32,000 nt of DNA from Xanthomonas campestris pv. campestris str. ATCC 33913 (GCF_000007145.1 NC_003902.1:3656497-3688496); one strand, 5' to 3'. Shown: positions 1 through 8,990, numbered from the stretch's first letter. A program made the numbers and translations. Notes: generated from the sequence alone by a model not told the origin.

Positions 1-873
1 ATTTTCGCGCGCCTGCGTGACGACACCAACCAGACCGTGATCCGCCTGACCGAAATCATCGGCGGCATCCAGACCGCGTCGGACACCATTCGCCGCGCTG
101 CGGTGGAAATCGCTGCCGGCAACACCGATCTGTCCGAACGCACCGAGCAACAGGCCGCGAGCCTGGAAGAAACCGCCAGCTCCATGGAAGAACTCACCTC
201 CACCGTGAAGCAGAATGCCGACAGCGCGCAGCAGGCCAACAAGCTGGTGCTGGGCACCGGCGAAGTGGCGCAGAACGGTGGCCAGGTGATGGACGATGTG
301 GTGTCCACCATGAGCCAGATCAGCACTGCCTCGCGCAGGATCGGCGAGATCATCGGCGTCATCGACGGCATCGCGTTCCAGACCAACATCCTGGCGCTCA
401 ACGCCGCGGTGGAAGCAGCGCGCGCCGGCGAACAGGGCCGCGGCTTCGCGGTGGTGGCCTCGGAAGTGCGCGCCCTGGCGCGACGTTCGGCCGATGCAGC
501 CAAGGAGATCAAATCGTTGATCGCCGACTCCACCGACAAGGTGGAACTGGGCTCGGGTCTGGTGCACCGCGCCGGCGCGACCATGCGCGAGATCGTCGGC
601 TCGGTGAAGCACGTCACCGACATCATGAGCGAGATCACCTCGGCCAGCGCCGAACAGTCCAGCGGCATCGAGCAGGTGAACCGCACCGTGGCGCAGCTGG
701 ACGAAGTGACCCAGCGCAACGCCGCCCTGGTGGAAGAAGCCACCGCCGCCGCGCGCAGCCTGGAAGAACAGGCAGTGGAACTGGCCGATGCGGTGTCCAT
801 CTTCCGCCTGCAATCAGACACCCGCGGTAGCTCGAACGTGGTACGCGGCAGTTTTGGAAGCGCGGCGGCGTAA
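1..873 (+). CDS. Methyl-accepting chemotaxis protein, C-terminal signalling domain (5' end outside window)
   Basis: Frame 1 is open from base 1. The translation contains the conserved MCP hairpin core [37 protein letters not shown] and flanking methylation-helix heptads. Stop at 871-873. Confidence 0.9.
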   Translation: MFARLRDDTNQTVIRLTEIIGGIQTASDTIRRAAVEIAAGNTDLSERTEQQAASLEETASSMEELTSTVKQNADSAQQANKLVLGTGEVAQNGGQVMDDVVSTMSQISTASRRIGEIIGVIDGIAFQTNILALNAAVEAARAGEQGRGFAVVASEVRALARRSADAAKEIKSLIADSTDKVELGSGLVHRAGATMREIVGSVKHVTDIMSEITSASAEQSSGIEQVNRTVAQLDEVTQRNAALVEEATAAARSLEEQAVELADAVSIFRLQSDTRGSSNVVRGSFGSAAA

Positions 874-893
874 CCCCGCACACCACCCGCATT

Positions 894-960
894 CGTAGGA
901 GCGCGCTTGCGCGCGATGGGGCCTCGCCGGTAACGCCCCATCGCGCGCAAGCCTCCTACG
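894..960. repeat. REP doublet (REPIN-like palindrome), copy 1
   Basis: cGTAGGAGCGCGCTTGCGCGCGAT..ggggcctcgccggtaacgcccc..ATCGCGCGCAAGCCTCCTACg. Two inverted GTAG-headed arms around a short GC hairpin tip. Confidence 0.8.
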
Positions 961-1150
961 TCATGTGTGTCGTTAAAAAACGGCGGCGCGAATCCCCATC
1001 TGTGCACCGCAATCGAAAGCAGCCTCTGTGTGACCGGCGCGCGGTGCGTGCACGCGTGTGCCAGCCGATATCGGCAGACATTGCGGACTAGGTTTTGCGC
1101 GCCTATCGACAACGCGGCGGCATCACCAAAGCGCTAGAAATCGCAATCCG

Positions 1151-1220
1151 CGTAGGAGCGCGCTTGCGCGCGATGGGGCCTCACCGGTAAAGCCCCATCG
1201 CGCGCAAGCGCGCTCCTACG
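1151..1220. repeat. REP doublet, copy 2
   Basis: Same palindrome as 894-960 (cGTAGGAGCGCGCTTGCGCGCGATGGGGCC...ATCGCGCGCAAGCGCGCTCCTACg). Confidence 0.8.
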
Positions 1221-1410
1221 CTCATGTGTGTCGTTAAAAAACGGCGGCGCGAATCCCCATCTGTGCACTGCAATCGAAAGCAGCTACTGCGTAACCAGCT
1301 GCGGTGCGTGCACGCGTGTGCCAGCCGATATCGGCAGACATTGCGGACTAGGTTTTGCGCACGTATCGACAACGCGGCGGCATCACCAAAGCACTAGAAA
1401 TCACAGCACG

Positions 1411-1479
1411 CGTAGGAGCGTGCTTGCGCGCGACGTGGCCTCGCCGATAACGCCCCATCGCGCGCAAGCGCGCTCCTAC
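1411..1479. repeat. REP doublet, copy 3
   Basis: Same palindrome with a few substitutions (GTAGGAGCGTGCTTGCGCGCGACGTGGCC...ATCGCGCGCAAGCGCGCTCCTAC). Confidence 0.8.
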
Positions 1480-1507
1480 CCAGCACCGCATTCCACATGC
1501 GGCGGCA

Positions 1508-1927
1508 TCAATCCAGAAACAGCGCGCGTTGCTCAGGCGTGGGCAACATGCAGTGCGTGCTGCGGCCAAACCAGCGGTAGCGGTTGCGTGCCACCACGCG
1601 ATAGCCGATGTCGCGCAACGAACGCGGCACCAGGCGCAGCACTGCCGCCACGCGCCACAGGCCACCAAGCCCGCTCAGTACCCGCACGATTGCATCGGTA
1701 TCGGTCCAGGCACCTGCCGCGTCCACCAGCAGGAACGAAAGCGGGTCGTCCGGGTCCAGCCCGTGCTGGACCAGCAATGCGCGCCCGGCCGTGCCCTGCA
1801 TGGCGGCATAGCGATAGCGCCTGCGGTGGTCGTGGCGCAACAGGAACCTGACCCAGCCATTGCACAGCAGGCACACGCCATCGAACACGATGGTGGCAGG
1901 CGGCGCGGCGTGCTCAGTGCGGTTCAA
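1508..1927 (-). CDS. Thiol-disulfide oxidoreductase, DCC family (DUF393)
   Basis: N-terminal FDGVCLLCNGW matches the D-G-x-C-x-x-C motif, and the size fits the family. Start uncertain: I chose the TTG at 1927, which overlaps the upstream stop. An ATG further upstream (in the track ORF 1508..2230) would overlap the neighbouring gene by about 60 nt. Confidence 0.7.
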   Translation of the reverse strand: MNRTEHAAPPATIVFDGVCLLCNGWVRFLLRHDHRRRYRYAAMQGTAGRALLVQHGLDPDDPLSFLLVDAAGAWTDTDAIVRVLSGLGGLWRVAAVLRLVPRSLRDIGYRVVARNRYRWFGRSTHCMLPTPEQRALFLD

Positions 1928-2420
1928 GCCAACCCTCGTAGCGAATGAATGGCCCCACCCACGGTAGATGCACGTCGACCAGGAAGCCATAGCGGCCCTC
2001 GTCGGCATGCTCACGGCAACGCACCTGCTCGAACCAGCGCGCCGGCAAGGGCAGCCAGCCGAATGCCCACACCCGCCGCGCCTGCCAGTACAGCGCGGTG
2101 GCATCGGCGCGCAGTGCGAACTCAAAACGCACTGCGCCCAGGTGTTCGCGCAACCATGCGCCGTGACGCCACATCCGTGAGTGCATCGGCAGGCCAGCAA
2201 AGCGCCGATGCCAGCGCTCGACGTTCGCATCGACCAGGAACTCCACCTCCACCGCCACCTGTCCGCTGTGCGGCAAGCGGCTCAGCCATGCCAGCAGCGG
2301 CACCAGCGGATGCGCACCGCGGCGCACCAGCGCACGGCCAACGAAGCGCTGCCGCTGCTGCACCGCGTGCAGCGCGCGCACCGGCGCCGGCAATTGGGCA
2401 AAGGCTGCCGTGCCCAGCAC
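1914..2420 (-). CDS. DUF4166-like hypothetical protein
   Basis: 168-aa ORF in the same orientation and tightly packed between pgeF and the DCC gene. The C-terminal HLPWVGPFIRYEGWL resembles my recollection of DUF4166. The family call is from memory only. Confidence 0.45.
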   Translation of the reverse strand: MLGTAAFAQLPAPVRALHAVQQRQRFVGRALVRRGAHPLVPLLAWLSRLPHSGQVAVEVEFLVDANVERWHRRFAGLPMHSRMWRHGAWLREHLGAVRFEFALRADATALYWQARRVWAFGWLPLPARWFEQVRCREHADEGRYGFLVDVHLPWVGPFIRYEGWLEPH

Positions 2421-2440
2421 CTGCGCAAACAGCGGCGGGC

Positions 2441-3241
2441 TCAGGGCGCGATCCAGGCCAGCGTGGCCATGCGCCCACTGCGACGATCACGGCGGTGCGA
2501 AAAAAACCGCGTCGGGTCGGAAATGGTGCACAGCTCGCCGCCATGGATGGCCTCGGCCGGCACGCCCGCACTGCACAAGCGCAGCCGCGCCAACGCGTAC
2601 AGATCCACCCGCCAGTGGCCCGGGCGCGTGGCCACGAACGCACTGGCCGCCTGCGGATCACGCGTCACAAACGCCTCGAAGACATCCGCGCCAATTTCGT
2701 ACGCCTGCGGCCCTGCGGCCGGCCCCAGCCAGGCGACCAACCGCTGCGGCGGGCTCCGCATCGCGGCCACGCTGCGTTCCAGCATGCCGTCGGCCAGCCC
2801 GCGCCAGCCTGCATGCGCGGCCGCCACTTCGCTGCCATCGGCGGCGGCGAGCACCACCGGCAGGCAGTCGGCGGTGAGGATGGCCAGCACCACGCCGGGC
2901 ACGCTGGTGACGGCGGCATCGGCCACCGGCTCGTCCAGCTCCCGCGGCTGCGTGTGCACCGCATCCGCAGAACGCGGCGCATCCACGCGCACCACCTCCA
3001 CCCCGTGCACCTGCCGCAGCCAATGCGGCGCGCCTGGCAGGCCCAGCGCCTGTGTCAGCAGCGCCCGGTTACGTTCCACGTTTGCCAGCAGGTCACCCTG
3101 CGGGCTGCTGCGGTTGCCGAGATTCAGGGTGTCGAACGGTGCCGGCGACACGCCCAGGCCGTGCCGCAGCGTGGTCAATACGTGGATGCGCGGCGGCGCC
3201 GGCCACTGCGCCGGCAACACAAACGACGGCACGGCGCTCAC
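2441..3241 (-). CDS. pgeF: Peptidoglycan editing factor / purine nucleoside phosphorylase, YfiH (laccase-domain) family
   Basis: 266 aa with AAAHAGWRG and C-terminal CTISDPTRFFSHRRDRRSGRMATLAWI, typical of YfiH/PgeF. Lies immediately downstream of rluD, as in E. coli. Confidence 0.85.
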   Translation of the reverse strand: MSAVPSFVLPAQWPAPPRIHVLTTLRHGLGVSPAPFDTLNLGNRSSPQGDLLANVERNRALLTQALGLPGAPHWLRQVHGVEVVRVDAPRSADAVHTQPRELDEPVADAAVTSVPGVVLAILTADCLPVVLAAADGSEVAAAHAGWRGLADGMLERSVAAMRSPPQRLVAWLGPAAGPQAYEIGADVFEAFVTRDPQAASAFVATRPGHWRVDLYALARLRLCSAGVPAEAIHGGELCTISDPTRFFSHRRDRRSGRMATLAWIAP

Positions 3242-3242
3242 C

Positions 3243-4238
3243 TCAGCGCCGCGCCAACTCGGCGGCGCGTGCGCTGTCTTCGCGCAGGGCGCTCATCAGC
3301 CGCTGCAGATCTTCCGGCACCGGCGCGCTGGCGCGGATCGGCTCGCCACTGACCGGGTGCAGGAATTCCAGCGTTTCGGCATGCAGGGCCTGGCGCTTGA
3401 AGCCGCGCAGCTCCGCCACCAGTGTGTCGGTGGCGCCCTTGGGTAGCTTGAGCGCGCCGCCGTACAGCGGGTCGCCGACGATCGGCGATTTCAGGTGCGC
3501 CATGTGCACACGGATCTGATGGGTCCGCCCGGTCTCCAGGCGGCATTCCAGCGCGGTGTGCGCGCGGAAGCGCTCGCGCAGACGGTAATGGGTGACGGCG
3601 TCGCGGCCGTCGTCGCGCACCGCCATCTTGAGCCGGTCACGCGGGTGGCGGTCGATCGGCGCATCGGCGGTGCCGCCGGAGACCAGCGCCCCCACCACCA
3701 CTGCCAGGTACTGGCGGTGCACATCGCGCGCGGAGAGCTGCTCCACCAGCGCGGTCTGCGCCTGCAGCGTGCGCGCCACCACCATCACACCGCTGGTGTC
3801 CTTGTCCAGGCGATGTACCACGCCGGCACGCGGCACCGCAGCCAGGTTCGGGTCGCGGAACAGCAGCGCATTGACCAGGGTGCCGTCCGGGTTACCGGCA
3901 CCCGGATGCACCACCAGGCCCGCCGGCTTGTCGATGACCAGCACATGGTCGTCTTCGTACAACACGTTCAGCGGGATGTCCTGCGGCGCGGCGTGGGTCT
4001 GGGTTTCCAGCACCACCTGCACCTGGACGGTTTCGCCGCCGCGCAAGGTGTCGCGCGGGCGGGCGGTCTCGCCGTCCAGCAGCGCATCGCCGGACTTGAT
4101 CCACTCCGACAGCCGCGAGCGCGAGAATTCGGGAAACAGCTCGGCCAGCACCGCATCGAAGCGACGCCCGGCGGCGCTGTCCGGCACGACAGCCTGGCGC
4201 AGGGAGGAATCGAGGGGTTCGGAGGATTGGTCGGACAT
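3243..4238 (-). CDS. rluD: 23S rRNA pseudouridine(1911/1915/1917) synthase RluD
   Basis: N-terminal S4-like domain plus the catalytic [14 protein letters not shown] motif. Divergent from bamD, the conserved arrangement. Confidence 0.9.
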   Translation of the reverse strand: MSDQSSEPLDSSLRQAVVPDSAAGRRFDAVLAELFPEFSRSRLSEWIKSGDALLDGETARPRDTLRGGETVQVQVVLETQTHAAPQDIPLNVLYEDDHVLVIDKPAGLVVHPGAGNPDGTLVNALLFRDPNLAAVPRAGVVHRLDKDTSGVMVVARTLQAQTALVEQLSARDVHRQYLAVVVGALVSGGTADAPIDRHPRDRLKMAVRDDGRDAVTHYRLRERFRAHTALECRLETGRTHQIRVHMAHLKSPIVGDPLYGGALKLPKGATDTLVAELRGFKRQALHAETLEFLHPVSGEPIRASAPVPEDLQRLMSALREDSARAAELARR

Positions 4239-4360
4239 GGACGCGGGTACTCAGGCAAAAACCAAGGAATTTGGGGTCCGGGCGGCGGGAGTCAGTCGCC
4301 GGACAGGCCACTAGGCTATCATCGCCCTTTCGTTTTCCTGACGCGTCCTGCCCAGACCCC

Positions 4361-5242
4361 ATGATCCGACGGTCCACGTTTTCCGCGCCTGCGCGCCTGA
4401 TTGCCCTCATGCTGGTCATGGCGTTTGTCGTCACCGGCTGCCACCGCGGCGCCAAGGACAAGAATCCCGACGAGGGCATGCCGGTCGAGCAGCTCTACGG
4501 CAAGGGCCACGGCCTGATGGAGAAAGGCAACTGGGCCGGCGCCGAAGCCAGCTACAAGCGCCTGATCGCCCAGTACCCGTATGGCCCGTACACCGAGCAG
4601 GCGATGATCGAAACCGCCTACGCCCAGTACAAGGCCGGCAAGCACGACGACACGGTGTCCAGCGTCGACCGCTTCATCCGTACCTATCCGACGCACCGCA
4701 ACATCTCGTATCTGTATTACCTGCGCGGGCTGGCCAACAGCAACCGGGACACGGTGTTCCTGCGCCGCGTATGGTCGCTGGACCCGAGCCGCCGCGACCT
4801 GTCCTCGCCGCAGCAGGCCTACAACGACTTCAACACCGTCACCGACCGCTATCCCAACAGCCGCTACGCGCCGGACGCGCGCAAGCGAATGATCGAGCTG
4901 CGCGACATCTTCGCCCAGCACGAACTGGACAACGCGCTGTATTACCTGCGCCGCGACGCCTGGGTGTCGGCTGCAGGGCGTGCCAACTACCTGCTGGAAA
5001 CCTACCCGCAGAGCGCGTTCCAGTACGACGCAGTCGCCGTGCTGGCCGAGGCCTACACCCACCTGGGCAACAAGACCCTGGCCGCCGACGCGCGCCGCGT
5101 GCTGGAGCTCAACAGCCCGCAGCACCCGTGGCTGACCGGCGACTGGCCGAAGTATCCGTGGGCCGTGCGCAAGCTCAACCCGTTCGCTGGCGAGAAATCC
5201 GCCGCCACCGGCCAGCGCAATGCACAGATGAGTCGCGATTGA
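4361..5242 (+). CDS. bamD: Outer membrane protein assembly factor BamD (lipoprotein)
   Basis: Start moved to ATG 4361 (MIRRSTFSAPARLIALMLVMAFVVTGC), giving a signal peptide plus lipobox VTGC. TPR-like body with YPxSxYAPDA motifs typical of BamD/YfiO. Confidence 0.9.
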   Translation: MIRRSTFSAPARLIALMLVMAFVVTGCHRGAKDKNPDEGMPVEQLYGKGHGLMEKGNWAGAEASYKRLIAQYPYGPYTEQAMIETAYAQYKAGKHDDTVSSVDRFIRTYPTHRNISYLYYLRGLANSNRDTVFLRRVWSLDPSRRDLSSPQQAYNDFNTVTDRYPNSRYAPDARKRMIELRDIFAQHELDNALYYLRRDAWVSAAGRANYLLETYPQSAFQYDAVAVLAEAYTHLGNKTLAADARRVLELNSPQHPWLTGDWPKYPWAVRKLNPFAGEKSAATGQRNAQMSRD

Positions 5243-5264
5243 GAGATCGATCGGCGATGAGATG

Positions 5265-5290
5265 AAAGGGGCCGCAAGGCCCCTTTTTTA
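5265..5290 (+). terminator. Rho-independent terminator of bamD
   Basis: GGGGCC-gcaa-GGCCCC stem-loop (5268-5283) followed by TTTTTT. Confidence 0.8.
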
Positions 5291-5692
5291 TTGCCGCAAC
5301 GCTTTATTGCCGCAGCGCCAACTGGCAGCGCGACAAGGCGCTCCCTTGGCAGGACGTGCTCGCGCGGCGACACGTTGGTACGGGCCAGCGCCGGCTGCAG
5401 TCCGTGGCGTGGTCTTCCTGGGTGTCACGCGAGGCGGATATCGCCATCGACTTCGCTGCCATGCTCACCCTGAGCCACCGTGTGTCCGGCCGCCAGCTGC
5501 ATGCGCACGAGTCCTGGCCGGCAATCGCGGCCTGCCCGGGCAAGCTCATGCATCGCGAACCGGATCCGGGCCACATCGCCAGCGCGGGCGCCCGAGACCC
5601 GGCACCAGGTCACCGAATGGCCTGGCGAGGATTCCTATACTCCAGGCATAAGGCAGGGACGACATCCTGCCGGCGCACGCCAAGGAGGCTGT

Positions 5693-6679
5693 ATGTCGAT
5701 GTCCGGTCAGCGGATCCTGTTTGCGCTCGGGCTGCTGCTGTCGATGGCCACCGCCCATGCCGCCCCCATCGTCTACGGCGTCAACGCCCACGACAACCGC
5801 CCCGCCTACGCCATGACACAGGCCGAGGCCCGCTTCAAACTTTTGGCCGCGCGTAACCTGCGCAGCTATCGCTTCGACGTGGACCCGCGCGATTACGCCA
5901 CGCTCGACACGCTGGTTCCGCTCGCGCGCAAATACGGCATCACCTTGCGCCCGATGGTCTACCCGATGACCCGCGAGATCGGCTACCAGCTGGCGCGCCG
6001 CTATGCCGCCGACATCAAGGTGTGGGAGATCGGTAACGAACAGGATCTGGTGCGTGCCGAGGCCGATGCCAGGATCGCGGCGATGACCACGATGTACCAG
6101 GGCATGCGGCAGGCGTCCAACGAGCTGGGCGCAGGGCTGCGCTTCACCATCAACATCACCGCCTGCAATAGCGACGACCACAGTGCCACCGCGCGCTGCC
6201 CCGGCGATCGCAATGGCTCCCTCTGGTTTCTGGCCAAGGCCCGGGCGGCCGGCTTTGCGTTCGACCACATCAGCTTCCACTACTACGCGTTCCCCCACGA
6301 TGCCGGCTATTGGACCGACCTGTATCTGGGGCAGTTGCGCACCGCCGCGCAGACCTACAACACGCCGGTGTTCTTCAACGAACTCAACTGCGCCGAGGTG
6401 TATACCGGCAATGTCAGCGGCGGCGCCCAGGGCGATGGCGGCTGTTACGACAGCCTGGCCCAGCTGTTACGCACCGTGCGCGACCACTATGCCGACGTGG
6501 TGGCCGAGGTGAACGTCTACGAGCTGCTGGACCAGACCACCATTTCGGGCGTCGAAGGCCATTTCGGCCTGATGTACGACCTGACGCGCCCCAAGCCCAC
6601 GCTGGAGCTGCTCACCGGTTTCGCCCAGCCTCCGGCGTCGGCGCCAGCGCGCACGACGCCCGGTGCCCCCGGTTACTGA
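5693..6679 (+). CDS. Secreted glycoside-hydrolase-like TIM-barrel protein (clan GH-A-like)
   Basis: AGGAGG sits 6 nt before ATG 5693. Signal peptide MSMSGQRILFALGLLLSMATAHA. WEIGNEQD (acid/base-type NE motif) and a later FFNELN candidate nucleophile. The exact GH family was not determined. Confidence 0.6.
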   Translation: MSMSGQRILFALGLLLSMATAHAAPIVYGVNAHDNRPAYAMTQAEARFKLLAARNLRSYRFDVDPRDYATLDTLVPLARKYGITLRPMVYPMTREIGYQLARRYAADIKVWEIGNEQDLVRAEADARIAAMTTMYQGMRQASNELGAGLRFTINITACNSDDHSATARCPGDRNGSLWFLAKARAAGFAFDHISFHYYAFPHDAGYWTDLYLGQLRTAAQTYNTPVFFNELNCAEVYTGNVSGGAQGDGGCYDSLAQLLRTVRDHYADVVAEVNVYELLDQTTISGVEGHFGLMYDLTRPKPTLELLTGFAQPPASAPARTTPGAPGY

Positions 6680-8328
6680 CCCGAATAGCCATTGGTGATC
6701 GGGTAACGCCGCTCGCGCCCGAACGCGCGCCGCGACACCTTCGGCCCGGGTGCTGCCTGATGGCGCTTCCACTCGTTCAGGCGCACCAGCCGCAGCACGT
6801 GCTCCACGGTGTCGGCCGCGTAGCCGGCAGCGACGATGTCATCACGCGACTGCTCCTGGTCGACGTAGCGGTACAGGATGCCGTCGAGCACGTCGTAGGG
6901 CGGCAGCGAGTCCTGGTCGGTCTGGTTGTCGCGCAGTTCCGCCGAGGGCGGGCGCGAAATCACCGCCGGCGGAATCACCGGCGCGCCGCCCACGGTGTTG
7001 CGCCACTTGGCCAGTCCGAAGACCTCTGTCTTGTACAGGTCCTTGAGCGGTGCGTAGCCACCGCACATATCGCCATAGATGGTGGCGTAGCCCACTGCGT
7101 ATTCGCTCTTGTTGCCGGTGGTGAGCACCAGCCCGCCGAACTTGTTGGACAACGCCATCAGGATCACGCCGCGGCTGCGCGACTGCAGGTTTTCTTCGGT
7201 GATGTCGGGCTGGGTGTCTGCAAACAGCGGCCCCAGTGCCGCGAGCAGGCCTTCGAACGCCGGCTCGATCGCGATCGTTTCCAGTTTCACGCCCAGCGCG
7301 CGGCATTGTTCGTCGGCCAGATCGTTCGACAGCCCGGCGGTGTAGCGCGACGGCAGGCGCACTGCGGTGACGTTCTCGCCCCCCAGCGCATCCACCGCCA
7401 TCGCCAGCACCAACGCCGAGTCGATGCCGCCGGACAGCCCCAGCCACACCTTGCGAAAACCATTCTTGCCGCAGTAATCCTTGAGCCCGCGCACCACCGC
7501 GCGCCAGGCCAGCGCGTCCATGCTTTCGTCGCCATCGTCCACCCACACCACCGGGGTGAAGCTGCGCTCGCCGGCGGCATAGTCCACCACCAGCCACTGG
7601 TCCACGAACGCTGCTGCGGCCGGATGCACGGTGCCATCACCGTCGGCCACGACCGAGGCGCCGTCGAACACCAGCGCATCCTGGCCACCGACCACATTGA
7701 GATAGGCAATCGCCGCCCCGCTCTCGCGGGTGCGCTCGGCCAGCAAGGCATCGCGCTGCGCATGCTTGCCGCGCTCGTACGGCGAGGCGTTGGGCACCAG
7801 CACCAGTTCGGCGCCGGCCTGCACGGTCTTGGCCAGCGGCTCGGCAAACCACAGGTCTTCGCAGATCACCACGCCCACCTGCACGCCCTTGACGGTCACC
7901 ACGCAGTTGTCGCCGTCCGGGTCCACGTCGAAGTAGCGGCGCTCATCGAACACCGCGTAGTTGGGCAATTCGCGCTTGCGGTAGGTCGCTTCGATGCGCC
8001 CCTCGCGCAAGACGCTGGCGGCGTTGTAGACCACGCTGCCGGCGCTCTGCGGCCAGCCGACCACCGCCACGATGCCACGCGTGGCTGCGGCAATCCGCGC
8101 CAGCGCCTGCTCGCAGTGGGCAAGAAACCCGGGGCGCAACAGCAGGTCTTCCGGCGGATAGCCGCTGATCGCCAATTCCGGGAACAGCACGATATCGGCT
8201 TCGAACTCGTCGCGTGCCGCAGCGATGTACTCGATGATGCGATCGGTGTTCTGCGTCACGGCACCGACCGGGAAGTCGAACTGGGCCATGGCGATGCGAA
8301 GGGTGTGTGCTGTCACTGCTGACTCCAT
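6673..8328 (-). CDS. nadE: Glutamine-dependent NAD+ synthetase
   Basis: N-terminal CN-hydrolase domain (LVLFPELAISGYPPEDL) plus a C-terminal NAD synthetase domain with the SGGIDS PP-loop. ATG at 8328 chosen; the track ORF begins one codon earlier at a TTG. Confidence 0.9.
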   Translation of the reverse strand: MESAVTAHTLRIAMAQFDFPVGAVTQNTDRIIEYIAAARDEFEADIVLFPELAISGYPPEDLLLRPGFLAHCEQALARIAAATRGIVAVVGWPQSAGSVVYNAASVLREGRIEATYRKRELPNYAVFDERRYFDVDPDGDNCVVTVKGVQVGVVICEDLWFAEPLAKTVQAGAELVLVPNASPYERGKHAQRDALLAERTRESGAAIAYLNVVGGQDALVFDGASVVADGDGTVHPAAAAFVDQWLVVDYAAGERSFTPVVWVDDGDESMDALAWRAVVRGLKDYCGKNGFRKVWLGLSGGIDSALVLAMAVDALGGENVTAVRLPSRYTAGLSNDLADEQCRALGVKLETIAIEPAFEGLLAALGPLFADTQPDITEENLQSRSRGVILMALSNKFGGLVLTTGNKSEYAVGYATIYGDMCGGYAPLKDLYKTEVFGLAKWRNTVGGAPVIPPAVISRPPSAELRDNQTDQDSLPPYDVLDGILYRYVDQEQSRDDIVAAGYAADTVEHVLRLVRLNEWKRHQAAPGPKVSRRAFGRERRYPITNGYSGQ

Positions 8329-8630
8329 CAAAACAGGCTTTCAAGGTAACCCGCTTCGCGCTGCGAACGGATCGCCAGCACATACACGGTGTCGTCCAAC
8401 GGTGCGTAACGATAGAGCGCCAGATAGCCGCTGGCATCGCGGCCTATGACCAGTTCGCGAAATCCGCCATGCACTGCGCGCCCCATCAGTGGATTGTCCG
8501 CCAATGCGTCGATCGCCTGGAAGATGCCAGCGAGCTTTCGCTGCACACTGGCTGCATCGTGTTCCAGCAGATAAGCGACTAAACGGCGCGCATCGTCGGC
8601 GACGCGCGCGGCAAGCGCGATCCTGGTCAC
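8328..8630 (-). CDS. Type II toxin, RelE/ParE superfamily (ParE-like)
   Basis: 100 aa ending ...YVLAIRSQREAGY, typical of ParE/RelE-fold toxins. GTG start lies 3 nt after the upstream RHH gene stop. Its TGA overlaps the nadE ATG (TGATG). Confidence 0.8.
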   Translation of the reverse strand: MTRIALAARVADDARRLVAYLLEHDAASVQRKLAGIFQAIDALADNPLMGRAVHGGFRELVIGRDASGYLALYRYAPLDDTVYVLAIRSQREAGYLESLF

Positions 8631-8633
8631 CTG

Positions 8634-8918
8634 TCAGCGCTCGACGGCGCTGGCGACCGGTGGCGCGGGGTTCTCTCCGTCAGCAAGCTGCTGCATGTAC
8701 TGGCGTACGTCCGCCCAGGACAGCGTGTTGTCGCCGCCTTCGATAGCAGCCCAGCGTTGCTGCGCTTCGGCATGGAATGCAGTGCGGCGCTCGTGCGCCT
8801 CGATTTTTTCCGCAATGGCGTCGACGATAAAGCCGTGCGCCGTAGTTCCGGCATCTTTCGCCGCCCTGGCGACACGCGCTTTCAGTTCGTCAGGCAAACG
8901 GATTGTGGTCGTGGACAT
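8634..8918 (-). CDS. Ribbon-helix-helix antitoxin (ParD/CopG-like)
   Basis: MSTTTIRLPDELKARVARAAKDAGTTAHGFIVDAIAEKIE is a canonical RHH N-terminus. GAGG lies upstream of ATG 8918. The long N-terminal extension in the track ORF (to 9128) is rejected. Confidence 0.75.
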   Translation of the reverse strand: MSTTTIRLPDELKARVARAAKDAGTTAHGFIVDAIAEKIEAHERRTAFHAEAQQRWAAIEGGDNTLSWADVRQYMQQLADGENPAPPVASAVER

Positions 8919-8950
8919 GGCAACCTCGGAAGACCGGATGACAGGCTCAC

Positions 8951-8990
8951 AGTAGCACACTTGTGACACACTTTGCATGACACGCTCCTT
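8951..8990 (-). promoter_or_regulatory. Candidate parDE promoter/operator
   Basis: On the minus strand: TGCAAA, 17 nt, TACTGT. GTGTC/GTGTGC repeats (plus-strand GCACAC 8955-8960, GACAC 8965-8969 and 8979-8983) overlap the spacer. Hexamers are weak. Confidence 0.3.

Larger units (their letters stand above)
961..1480. repeat. Tandem duplication, 2 x ~260 bp (about 190-bp body plus REP doublet each)
   Basis: 961-1150 aligns base for base with 1222-1410, apart from one clustered patch and a few point changes. Each unit ends in a REP doublet. Confidence 0.85.

Noticed and set aside
894-1480. The repeat-spacer-repeat-spacer-repeat layout could be read as a mini CRISPR array.
   Set aside because: The two 'spacers' are copies of each other. 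The repeats are 67-70-bp GTAG-headed palindromic doublets, much longer than CRISPR repeats. No cas genes are present. REP/REPIN is the better explanation.
1949-3352. Long plus-strand ORFs (467 aa, 421 aa and others) overlapping pgeF and rluD. Similar long ORFs lie opposite real genes at 4319-5125, 5546-6298, 6310-8322, 9277-10029, 10141-11196, 11886-12980, 13246-13968, 14981-16660, 19407-20612, 25529-26464 and 26840-28450.
   Set aside because: These are typical high-GC shadow frames. Their translations are Arg/Ala/Pro/Gly-rich with no motifs, and each fully overlaps a gene with clear family signatures on the other strand.
5356-5692. N-terminal extensions of the GH-like gene (track ORFs starting at 5356/5480) and a possible LysR-like remnant (ADIAIDF) in the bamD-GH spacer.
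   Set aside because: The extension is Arg/Pro-rich and non-protein-like. A strong AGGAGG plus ATG and a signal peptide at 5693 define the real start. The remnant idea rests on a six-residue resemblance only.
6673-6679. 7-nt overlap of the convergent GH-like and nadE coding ends, with no terminator between them.
   Set aside because: Short convergent overlaps are common in compact high-GC genomes. Nothing further is supported by the sequence.
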